From Candidatus Gastranaerophilales bacterium (GTDB taxonomy: Bacteria; Cyanobacteriota; Vampirovibrionia; Gastranaerophilales; Gastranaerophilaceae), in assembly GCA_028694425.1 (NCBI GenBank), contig JAQVKX010000001.1, positions 841 to 64,840 of the forward strand: a stretch of 64,000 nt of DNA, read 5' to 3'. Both the position numbers and the translations under genes were made by a program. Below the pieces are notes generated by a model. The model made no database searches. It was not told where the DNA came from and was given only the letters and a program-made list of their open reading frames with translations. Shown in pieces: positions 26,423 to 34,788 of this stretch (the first letter of the stretch is position 1; every line of letters starts with the position of its first letter).

Positions 26423-27184
26423 ATGAAGACTATCCACCTTGCTTTAGCCTTTGATGATGACTATATTGAACCGGGAATTGTGCTGATGACTTCGGTTTTG
26501 CTTAATAAAGCTGATGAGAAAATCCATTTTCATATTTTAGATATGGGGCTTAGCAGTGAAAATAAAAAGGAAATCTTTGAGTTTTCTGATTGCAAAATAA
26601 CTTTCCACCTGCTTAACGACAAAGAAAAAATATTTTGGAAGATTTTATTACCGGAAATTGTTCAAACAGAAAGAATAATTTATCTTGATGCCGATATCGT
26701 GGTTAAAAACTCCTTAAAAGAGCTTTGGCAGACGAATTTATCGGAAGATTATATTGGTGTTGTTGAGAATTTTGATAGAACAAAATCTTTTAAATTTAAT
26801 TCCGGTGTAATGCTTGTAAATGCTCAAAAGTGGCTCGAAGATGAGATTCCAAGGCGTGCAATGAAAATTTTACAAGAAGATGAAAGTTGTGAGGAAGTTT
26901 TAAATAAACTCTTTGAAGAAAAAATCAGGTTTTTGGATTTGAAATGGAATTTTCAATGTTCTCCAATGAATAAAATAATTAAACAGCCTTACATAATTCA
27001 TTACACAGGTGGTTTTAAACCGTGGATAAAGGGTTTTGGCTGTTTTAATCCTATGCAAAAAGAGTATTTTAAATACCATAAATTAACGGATTATGCTTAC
27101 AGTGATTACAAATTTTGGCAAATGCAGGATAAACTACTGGCATTCAAAGGATTGTTTAAACTGATCAAGAGGCGGCTTATTTGA
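26423..27184 (+). CDS. glycosyltransferase family 8
   Basis: IHLALAFDDDY, IIYLDADIVV and FNSGVMLVN motifs. Confidence 0.8.
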   Translation: MKTIHLALAFDDDYIEPGIVLMTSVLLNKADEKIHFHILDMGLSSENKKEIFEFSDCKITFHLLNDKEKIFWKILLPEIVQTERIIYLDADIVVKNSLKELWQTNLSEDYIGVVENFDRTKSFKFNSGVMLVNAQKWLEDEIPRRAMKILQEDESCEEVLNKLFEEKIRFLDLKWNFQCSPMNKIIKQPYIIHYTGGFKPWIKGFGCFNPMQKEYFKYHKLTDYAYSDYKFWQMQDKLLAFKGLFKLIKRRLI

Positions 27185-27217
27185 AATTTACATTTTTTAC
27201 TCCAACATCATTGTAAT

Positions 27218-27670
27218 TTATAAAACTTTAAGCTGTTCAACGGGTGTATTTGCATTAAGTTCAATGTATTTAAACATGTTTTGAACAATCCCGGCAGGAA
27301 AATAATAGATATTGTTGCATGGCGTAATTTTTAAAATTGAATTTTTTTCATCAATTTTTACCACACTTGCCAAGAATTCCTTTTTTGCAACAGAAAAAAT
27401 AATATATCCGCTTCTGCTCTGTATTTCCAGTATGTTAAACCTGTTTGCGTTAACACTTGCAAGAGTTAAATAAAAAAGCCTGTCTGAATTGAATTTAAAA
27501 TATTTATAACAATCAGAAAAATCTACCGGCTGAGGCTTGACAGGAGAAGGTTTTGCAACAGAAGGTGCAGGTAAAGTCTGCACTGCGTCGGCTGTGCCGC
27601 AGGCACAGCCGACGCTTAAAAAGCATAAAACAAACAAAGTAAAAAAAAGTTTGCTTTTCCCTTTTTCCAT
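27218..27670 (-). CDS. hypothetical lipoprotein
   Basis: signal peptide with lipobox-like LSVGC. Confidence 0.5.
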   Translation of the reverse strand: MEKGKSKLFFTLFVLCFLSVGCACGTADAVQTLPAPSVAKPSPVKPQPVDFSDCYKYFKFNSDRLFYLTLASVNANRFNILEIQSRSGYIIFSVAKKEFLASVVKIDEKNSILKITPCNNIYYFPAGIVQNMFKYIELNANTPVEQLKVL

Positions 27671-27684
27671 TTCCCTTTTCCCTT

Positions 27685-30675
27685 TTAATTTTCCAGCCAG
27701 GATTTACCGTAGCTTATATCTACAACCAACGGCACCAAAAGCGGCTGATTTAATTCCATTGCCTCAAGAGTAAGTTTTTTAACTATATCCAATTCATCTT
27801 TTTCAACTTCCAAAACCAATTCATCGTGAACCTGCATAATCATTTTTGATTTTAAATTATTTTCTTTTAATTTTTTATCAAGCTCAATCATCGCCATTTT
27901 AATTAAGTCCGCGGCCGTTCCCTGAAGCGGTTGATTAATCGCTGCACGTTCGGCTGCTTCTCTGATTGCAAAATTCGGACTGATTAAATCGTTTTGCAAA
28001 TAACGCTTACGCCCAAACATTGTTTCAACATATCCGTGTTCGTGGGCAAATTTAATTGTATTTTGCATATATTCACGAACTTTCGGATAAGTTGCAAAAT
28101 ACTTTTCAATAAACATTTCTGCTGCAAAAGGAGCTATTCCCAAAGATTTAGCCAGTCCGTATTTACTTTGTCCGTAAACAATCCCGAAATTAACGGCTTT
28201 TGCTTTATATCGCATATCTTTGGTAACACCTTCAACTGGAACTTCAAAAACACTAGCCGCTGTTTTTGAATGAACGTCCTCACCTGAACAAAACGCTTCA
28301 ATTAAATTATCGTCACGGGAAATGTGTGCCATAAGCCGAAGTTCAATCTGAGAATAATCCGCTGACAACAAAAGCTCCTTTTCCTTATCCTGAGGAACAA
28401 ATGCGTGTCTTATTTTATTGCCTTCTTCGGTTCTTATGGGAATATTTTGCAAATTCGGATTTGAAGACGACAAACGTCCTGTGGTTGTAACAGTTTGATT
28501 ATAACTTGTATGAATTCGCCCGTCTTTTTTGCTTATTAATTGCGGCAGGGCATCCGTATAAGTTGATTTAAGCTTTGAATATTGCCTGTGCAAGAGCAAA
28601 TATTCACAAATTTTATGTTCTTTAGCAAGTTCTTCCAGTATTTCCGCACTTGTCGAATAATTTGATTTCCCCCGTTTTTTCTTTGCGGCAATACCTAATC
28701 TGTCAAAAAGCACCTCTCCGACTTGCTTTGGCGAATTGACATTAAACGGAATTCCTGATATTTCAAAGATTTTTTCTTCAAGTTCTGCTATTTTTGAATT
28801 AAACTCTGCAGTAAGTTTATTTAAGTACTCCATATCAACCGAAACGCCGTCATATTCCATTTGTGCCAGTATTATTGCAAGCGGAACTTCAATATCATAA
28901 AGCAGTTTAAGTTCTTTTTCATCAAGGTTATTTTGCCAGAATTTTGTTAATTGCAGCGTTGTATAAGCATCATCACAAGCATAAGCGGCGGCTTCTTCAA
29001 TAGAAACACATTCCATGCTGATTTGATTTTTACCACTGCCAATAAGCTCGGTTATCTCTTGCATAATATGGTTTAAATGCTCGAGTGACTGAGTTTTAAG
29101 CCCATGTTTTCTTGTCGGATCTTTAATATAGCTTGCAAGCATAGTGTCAAAATACACTCCCTGAAGCTTTATTCCGTAATTTTGGAAAATATTATAGTCA
29201 AACTTAGCATTTTGCAGGGTCTTTTTAATATTTTTATCTTCCAGAACAGGTTTTAGCACATCAAGTACTTCTTTAAGTTCGAGCTGTTCGCCGATTTGAT
29301 GGGACAAAGGGATATAGAAGACAAGAGGCGTGGAGGCGTGGAGGCGTGGAGAAATACTATCATTTTGCAACGCATCTACGCATCTTAGCATCTTAGCATC
29401 TTTAAAATCTTCATATGCTACAGATATTCCGACTAACTCCGCTTCCTGAATATTAACGGAAGTCGTTTCCGTATCAAGTGCAAAAAGTTCAACTTTTTTA
29501 AGATTTTCAACCAGTTCTTTTAAATCTTCTTTTGTTGTAATCGTTTTAACCTCAAAACCAAGGTCATCTTTATTTATTTTTTGTTTTACTTCCTGTGCAA
29601 ATAAACCAAGCTGCATTTGGCAGGTAGATTGAATGGGTGTAGGGGTGAAGGGGTGAACAGTTTTTTCTTTAGATATGGCGTCATGCTGAACTTGTTTCAG
29701 CATCTTTCCATCTTGCTCCTGTTGGTTAGATCCTGAAATAAATTCAGGATGACGTATATCTTGTTCGATTTTATTTTTGTTAAAAGAACTCAAAATTCCA
29801 TCAATCCCACGTATAAAACTGTAAAACTGAAGCTTTTTAAGAAATTCCGTAACTTCACTAATATCGGGTAATTCAATGTGTGTATGCTGAAAATCAAAAT
29901 CAATATCAACGTCTTTGACAATAGTAGCAAGCTCTTTGCTCAAAAGTCCTATATCTTTACCGCTGCAAATCTTTTCACGTACTGCATTTTCAGGGATCTC
30001 CGTGCAATGAGCAAACATTTTCTCCATATTCGGATAACGTGAAAGCAATTTTTGGGCGGTTTTTTCGCCTATTCCCCTAATTCCCGGAATATTATCCGAA
30101 GTATCACCCCTCAGCCCTTTGTAGTCTGTTACCTGATTAGGATAAACCCCGAGTTTTTCATAAACTTTATCCCAATTATACTCAATAAGCTCTCCTTTAG
30201 AAGGGATTAAAACTTTTACAAACCCTTCTTTGTCAACCAGTTGAAAAGAATCCTGATCGCCGGTTAAAATCAAAGTTTTATGCCCCAATTTTGTGGCTTT
30301 GTCACAAATTGTTCCGATAACATCATCGGCTTCATAGCCTTCTTTTGTATAAATCGGGATATTGAAAGCCTTTAGACCTTCAAAAATCAGCCCCATCTGG
30401 CTTCTTAAAGTATCCGGCATAGTTTCTCTGTTGGCTTTATATTGGTCGTATTTCTCAACTCTAAAAGTTTTTCTGCCAACATCAAATGCAACCGTTATTG
30501 CATCAGGTTTTATGTCCTGATTTTTAAGGAGGTCAAAAACAGCTTTAAAAAACCCGAAAACCGCCCAAGTAGGTTGGTTATCGGTTGTTTTCATGCCTGT
30601 TCTTTCCAAAGCAAAATATTGCCTGAACGCTAAAGCATGCCCGTCTATTAGAATTAGTGTTTTTTGATTTTCCAT
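27685..30675 (-). CDS. polA: DNA polymerase I (996 aa) carrying two repeat-derived in-frame insertions
   Basis: 5' nuclease N-terminus, 3'-5' exo DTETTS motif, polymerase motifs DYSQIELR, KAVNFGIVYG and QVHDELV. Confidence 0.95.
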   Translation of the reverse strand: MENQKTLILIDGHALAFRQYFALERTGMKTTDNQPTWAVFGFFKAVFDLLKNQDIKPDAITVAFDVGRKTFRVEKYDQYKANRETMPDTLRSQMGLIFEGLKAFNIPIYTKEGYEADDVIGTICDKATKLGHKTLILTGDQDSFQLVDKEGFVKVLIPSKGELIEYNWDKVYEKLGVYPNQVTDYKGLRGDTSDNIPGIRGIGEKTAQKLLSRYPNMEKMFAHCTEIPENAVREKICSGKDIGLLSKELATIVKDVDIDFDFQHTHIELPDISEVTEFLKKLQFYSFIRGIDGILSSFNKNKIEQDIRHPEFISGSNQQEQDGKMLKQVQHDAISKEKTVHPFTPTPIQSTCQMQLGLFAQEVKQKINKDDLGFEVKTITTKEDLKELVENLKKVELFALDTETTSVNIQEAELVGISVAYEDFKDAKMLRCVDALQNDSISPRLHASTPLVFYIPLSHQIGEQLELKEVLDVLKPVLEDKNIKKTLQNAKFDYNIFQNYGIKLQGVYFDTMLASYIKDPTRKHGLKTQSLEHLNHIMQEITELIGSGKNQISMECVSIEEAAAYACDDAYTTLQLTKFWQNNLDEKELKLLYDIEVPLAIILAQMEYDGVSVDMEYLNKLTAEFNSKIAELEEKIFEISGIPFNVNSPKQVGEVLFDRLGIAAKKKRGKSNYSTSAEILEELAKEHKICEYLLLHRQYSKLKSTYTDALPQLISKKDGRIHTSYNQTVTTTGRLSSSNPNLQNIPIRTEEGNKIRHAFVPQDKEKELLLSADYSQIELRLMAHISRDDNLIEAFCSGEDVHSKTAASVFEVPVEGVTKDMRYKAKAVNFGIVYGQSKYGLAKSLGIAPFAAEMFIEKYFATYPKVREYMQNTIKFAHEHGYVETMFGRKRYLQNDLISPNFAIREAAERAAINQPLQGTAADLIKMAMIELDKKLKENNLKSKMIMQVHDELVLEVEKDELDIVKKLTLEAMELNQPLLVPLVVDISYGKSWLEN
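29316..29406. repeat. SWR core copy inside the polA 3'-5' exonuclease domain, in frame
   Basis: GAAGACAAGAGGCGTGGAGGCGTGGAGGCGTGGAGAAATACTA...ACGCATCTACGCATCTTAGCATCTTAGCATC; the left half nearly matches 10900-10945. Confidence 0.85.
29625..29765. repeat. repeat words plus two hairpin modules inside the polA interdomain linker, in frame
   Basis: TGAATGGGTGTAGGGGTGAAGGGGTGAACAG; hairpins GCTGAA-CTTG-TTTCAGC and TCCTGAA-ATAAA-TTCAGGA, each next to (C)ATGACG/CGTCAT. Confidence 0.8.
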
Positions 30676-30693
30676 ATTTTATTTCAAGCCTTC

Positions 30694-30852
30694 CATGTCA
30701 TTGCGAACAGAGACGAAACCTCAACGCGGCAATCCAAAAAAATAATTAAATTTATTAAATCTTTTTGGATTTACCTCTCACCCAAAGGTACATTTAGTAC
30801 CTTTGGGTTCGGCAGAGTGTCGCTCGTTACACTCGCTCCTCGCAATGACATG
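30694..30852. mobile_element. MITE-like non-autonomous element, 159 bp
   Basis: perfect 13-bp terminal inverted repeats CATGTCATTGCGA / TCGCAATGACATG; internal 12-bp-stem hairpin ACCCAAAGGTAC-ATTTA-GTACCTTTGGGT; no transposase in the window. Confidence 0.55.
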
Positions 30853-30947
30853 AAATATTTTACAACAAACACCGTCTTTTATCCTAAAACTTTAACATAC
30901 GTAAAAAATTTACCATCATTAGCCCCATTTATGATAAACTAATAACT

Positions 30948-31532
30948 ATGAACTTAAAAAATCTTGGAAGAAAAAAAATAATTTATTTATCCGTATTTTT
31001 GTTTATTGCGGGAGTATTGGCATGGGCGTTTATTACGGCCGGAATAATTACCAGAAACTTTAACCGTGAACAGCTTATCGGAACCGAAAATCGTCAAGAA
31101 CTTGATATTTCGAGTATAATTATTACGGAAACCAAGGAAGATAAAAAATATTGGGAAATTTACGGTGAAACAGGTTATTACAACAGCGACAACAAAGTTG
31201 CAATACTTGAAAACGTAACCGGAAACTTTTACACTAATAATGAAGTTTCCATGAGTTTTGAATCTTCAAAAGGCACTTATAATGAAGTTAAAAAACAAAT
31301 AATACTTTACAACGATACGCATATTGTAATAAAAGACGGAACTTCACTTTATTGTGACAGGCTTACCTGGTCAGGTTCAGACAAAGACGTTGTTGCACAA
31401 GGACATATTAAAATTAACAGAAATAACGAACTTATTGCAACAGCCCAAAGGGCGGTTATCAATCCCGATTATTCACATTTCAAGATAATCGGTAATACTG
31501 TTACAAAATTGTATGAGTTAAAGGAGAAATAA
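30948..31532 (+). CDS. lptC: LptC-like LPS export protein
   Basis: single N-terminal TM anchor plus a beta-rich periplasmic domain; immediately precedes an OstA/LptA-like gene. Confidence 0.6.
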   Translation: MNLKNLGRKKIIYLSVFLFIAGVLAWAFITAGIITRNFNREQLIGTENRQELDISSIIITETKEDKKYWEIYGETGYYNSDNKVAILENVTGNFYTNNEVSMSFESSKGTYNEVKKQIILYNDTHIVIKDGTSLYCDRLTWSGSDKDVVAQGHIKINRNNELIATAQRAVINPDYSHFKIIGNTVTKLYELKEK

Positions 31533-32506
31533 TGAAAAAGAAAAATCTAATTGTAATATTAAGTATAGTTTTATTATTCGGACTTTCCGCCATGGCGTCC
31601 GATTTGGTTATTCAGTCAAAAACCCAGTCTTATTCAGAAAAAGATAATAAAATAAAAGCCGAAGGAGACGTACAGGTTTCTATCGATGATGCAAAAGTAC
31701 TGGGTGAAAAAGCGGACGTTACGGTTACAAAAGACAATAAATTAGATACCGCGACTTTTTACGAAAAACCTTACGCATATGAAATTAAGGGCAACAAAAA
31801 ACGGGAAGTTAAGGCAAATATTCTAAAAGTATCTTTGATAAATAAAATTATAAAAGCTGAAGGAGCCACACAATCAACTGTTTTTGACGGGAAAGAACCG
31901 ATTGTTATAATAACCGCAGACATGCAGGAATATGACATCAAAACAAGTGTTATGAAAGCAAACGGAAGCGTTATAATTCACTACAAAGAACTGGAAACTT
32001 TTTCTAACCGTGCAATAATTAAAACCGACAAAAACGGTGATTTACAAAGGATAGATTTAATAGGAGCCGCAAGGTTTAAGCGAAATAAGGATTCTGCAAG
32101 TGCCGACCACTTTATTTACAGCCCGATTACCGAAGAGTTAATTTCAATCGGAAATACAACTTCAAGTGCCACATTAGATGACGGTTCCAAAATTGTTTTA
32201 AAAGCGTCTTATCAGCAATATGACCAAAAATCAAATACATTTTTAGGCAGCGGTGATGTAAAAATTTGGTTTAAAGATTATTACGCTCAAGGTCCGAAAG
32301 TGAGCTTTTTCCCGAATAAAGAAACAAAAAAACCTAACGAAATATACTTTACGGGACGTTCCAGCATAACCCAAGGCGAAAAAACCATCTTTGCGGATAA
32401 AATAAAACTTGTTTTAAAACCAAAGAACTTCTATGCAGAAGGCAATACAAAAACCGTTATCAAAAATGTCGGCAAATCACAAAACAAGGACAGCAGCTTG
32501 TTTTAA
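31532..32506 (+). CDS. lptA: OstA/LptA-like periplasmic protein
   Basis: signal peptide; repeated beta-jellyroll-like segments (A.GDV.V....A..A); longer than typical LptA. Confidence 0.55.
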   Translation: MKKKNLIVILSIVLLFGLSAMASDLVIQSKTQSYSEKDNKIKAEGDVQVSIDDAKVLGEKADVTVTKDNKLDTATFYEKPYAYEIKGNKKREVKANILKVSLINKIIKAEGATQSTVFDGKEPIVIITADMQEYDIKTSVMKANGSVIIHYKELETFSNRAIIKTDKNGDLQRIDLIGAARFKRNKDSASADHFIYSPITEELISIGNTTSSATLDDGSKIVLKASYQQYDQKSNTFLGSGDVKIWFKDYYAQGPKVSFFPNKETKKPNEIYFTGRSSITQGEKTIFADKIKLVLKPKNFYAEGNTKTVIKNVGKSQNKDSSLF

Positions 32507-32511
32507 AGAAA

Positions 32512-32536
32512 TGTAGGGTGGGATTACTATCCTACC
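32512..32536 (+). repeat. GTAGG-hairpin 3' element
   Basis: TGTAGGGTGGGATTACTATCCTACC; near-identical to 58002-58026; begins 6 nt after the lptA-like stop. Confidence 0.7.
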
Positions 32537-32557
32537 AAAATAAATAAAAGGTATTAA

Positions 32558-33895
32558 GTGTTGATTTTAAAATTAGCAGAAGATGAAAGTAGTATTTTAG
32601 AATATAAAGAAGAAGTCAATGATGGCTTTTTTAAATCTTTATCCGCTTTTGCAAATACAGATGGCGGAACAATAATTTTAGGTATTTCTAATGAAAAAAA
32701 TATCAAAGGTATTGACTTATCAAACGGAAATCAGGAAACTATTATTAATAAAATAATACACTCTTTGGGCATACAACCTAAAATTCAAGTAACAAAACAT
32801 AAAAACAAGAATATATTATCAATATCTGTTGAAAAGTCGTCTAATCCTATTTCATTCAAATCAATCTATTATAAAAGGATAGGTAACACCACCAGAGTAA
32901 TGACCACCAATGAATTACGTACAAAATTACTGAGCGGTGTAAGTTGGGAATCTCAAACAGGTAATTATTCAATCGATGATATTAAAGAAGAAACCGTAAA
33001 AGAATTTGTACGTTTAGGAATTAATGAAGGTCGTTTGCCTGAAATTTTGGCAGGAGAAAGTATTGAATTAATATTAAAAAGACTGGAACTTATTATAAAT
33101 GGTAAATTAACAAATGCGGCTATTTTATTATTCGGTAAAAATCCACAAAAATATTTTATGAATGCAAATATAAGAGTAGGTGGATTTAAGGGGAATGATG
33201 AAGTAATAATTGTAAATGATAAAACAATTAATGGAAATTTATTTGAACAAGTCATAAATGCAGAAGAAGCCATAAAGTTTTGCATTAATGTAAGATATGT
33301 TATTACAGGTAAAAAACTTGACAGAGATGACATTTGGGATTATCCTCTGAATGCTCTTAGAGAAGCTCTTTTAAATTCAATAATACACCGGGATTATTTT
33401 GATAATGATACACAAATCCAAATAAAAATTTTTAAAGATTGGTTATGGTTTTATAATCCTGGAAAGTTAGTAGATGACTTAACAATAGAACAATTAAAAA
33501 CTTCTCATCCTTCAAAGCCCAGAAACCGTCTTATTGCGAGTGTTTTTTACCGTTCCGGCAAAATAGAAAAGTTTGGGTCAGGTATTCTACGGATTACAGA
33601 AGCTTGTAAAAAACAAGCATTACCTGAACCTGATTTTATAGAAGAATTTGGTGGATTTTCTGTTAAGTTCAGCAAGTTTTTTAAAGGTTTAAATAAAAGA
33701 CAAACAATTGCTATCGGGTATATTCAGGAATACGGTTCTATAAATAACAGTAAATATCAAGAAATAACAAATACAACAAGAGAAACAAGTAAAAGAGACT
33801 TAGCCAAAATGCTTAAAATAGGAATTGTTCAAAAAGAAGGTGAAGGAAAATTTACCAAATATGTTTTATCTTCAATGACCCATAATGACCCATAA
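32558..33895 (+). CDS. AlbA_2 (divergent AAA / Schlafen-like) plus HATPase_c_4 plus wHTH protein
   Basis: N-terminal ESSILEYKEE...FANTDGGTIILG pattern; central REALLNSIIHRDY ATPase-like block; C-terminal HTH-like tail; GTG start. Confidence 0.7.
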   Translation: MLILKLAEDESSILEYKEEVNDGFFKSLSAFANTDGGTIILGISNEKNIKGIDLSNGNQETIINKIIHSLGIQPKIQVTKHKNKNILSISVEKSSNPISFKSIYYKRIGNTTRVMTTNELRTKLLSGVSWESQTGNYSIDDIKEETVKEFVRLGINEGRLPEILAGESIELILKRLELIINGKLTNAAILLFGKNPQKYFMNANIRVGGFKGNDEVIIVNDKTINGNLFEQVINAEEAIKFCINVRYVITGKKLDRDDIWDYPLNALREALLNSIIHRDYFDNDTQIQIKIFKDWLWFYNPGKLVDDLTIEQLKTSHPSKPRNRLIASVFYRSGKIEKFGSGILRITEACKKQALPEPDFIEEFGGFSVKFSKFFKGLNKRQTIAIGYIQEYGSINNSKYQEITNTTRETSKRDLAKMLKIGIVQKEGEGKFTKYVLSSMTHNDP

Positions 33896-33905
33896 AGTTG
33901 GTAAT

Positions 33906-33946
33906 ACACATATGTGTAATTACACATATTACCATATTACCATATA
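33906..33946. repeat. overlapping perfect palindromes and direct repeats
   Basis: ACACATATGTGT (33906-17), TGTGTAATTACACA (33913-26), CATATTAC x2. Confidence 0.6.
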
Positions 33947-34016
33947 AACATAACTTGCCGATTCTAAACATGACCCATAAAAGAGTTTTATTATAAAAAA
34001 TAAAATAGGATAAAAA

Positions 34017-34787
34017 ATGACCAACGAAATTGAAAACGCAATTGAATTATTTAAAAACAAAGAGTGGCACAAAGCAATTGATGCCTTCAGCCTGATATTG
34101 GAAAAAGAAACTGAAAATGCCGAAATATACAACAATTTAGCTCTTTGCTACAATTACATCGGCGATTTCAAACAGGCTGAAAACTTTTTCTTAAAAGCAC
34201 TCGGGTTTAATCATGAGTTAGCCGAAATTTATATAAATCTTGCGGATTTATATTTTAAGCAGAGAAATTTTGTCGATGCTATAGAGCTTTTGCAAACAGG
34301 AACAAAAGAACTGCCAGAAAATCTTGTGCTTAAACATTATCTTGCAAGGGTTTATATGGAAGATGCCCAATTGGATTTTGCAATTGATGAACTGGATAAA
34401 ATTCTTGAAGAGCAACCTGAAAATTATGATGCTTATTATGACTTGGCAAGAATTTATTTTGAACTCGGAAACTATGATTTAGCAATTGAAAATTTTGAAA
34501 ATATCCTCCAATTCAAAAAAGATAATGAATGGGTATATTACTATTTGGGACAGGCTTACGAGGCAAATGACGAAGTGGACAAAGCACTTTCTAATTATCT
34601 TAAAGCCATTGCAATAAATGACAAATTTCATCCGGCATACAAAAAAGTCGGCATAATTTTTCTTGCCCGAAATGATTATCAAGATGCCATTGAATACTTT
34701 GAAGATTATATGAAATTTGATATTCCAGAAGAAGAAAAGAATAACATTAAAGAAACAATTCAACGAATTAAAAGGCTTAATAAGTAA
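34017..34787 (+). CDS. tetratricopeptide repeat protein
   Basis: multiple 34-aa TPR units (A..Y.NLA..Y...G.....A...F..AL). Confidence 0.8.
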   Translation: MTNEIENAIELFKNKEWHKAIDAFSLILEKETENAEIYNNLALCYNYIGDFKQAENFFLKALGFNHELAEIYINLADLYFKQRNFVDAIELLQTGTKELPENLVLKHYLARVYMEDAQLDFAIDELDKILEEQPENYDAYYDLARIYFELGNYDLAIENFENILQFKKDNEWVYYYLGQAYEANDEVDKALSNYLKAIAINDKFHPAYKKVGIIFLARNDYQDAIEYFEDYMKFDIPEEEKNNIKETIQRIKRLNK

Positions 34788-34788
34788 A

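Noticed and set aside
30694-30852. Autonomous IS element or prophage remnant near polA
   Set aside because: No transposase, integrase or phage-like ORF occurs here or anywhere in the window. The element is too short to encode a protein.
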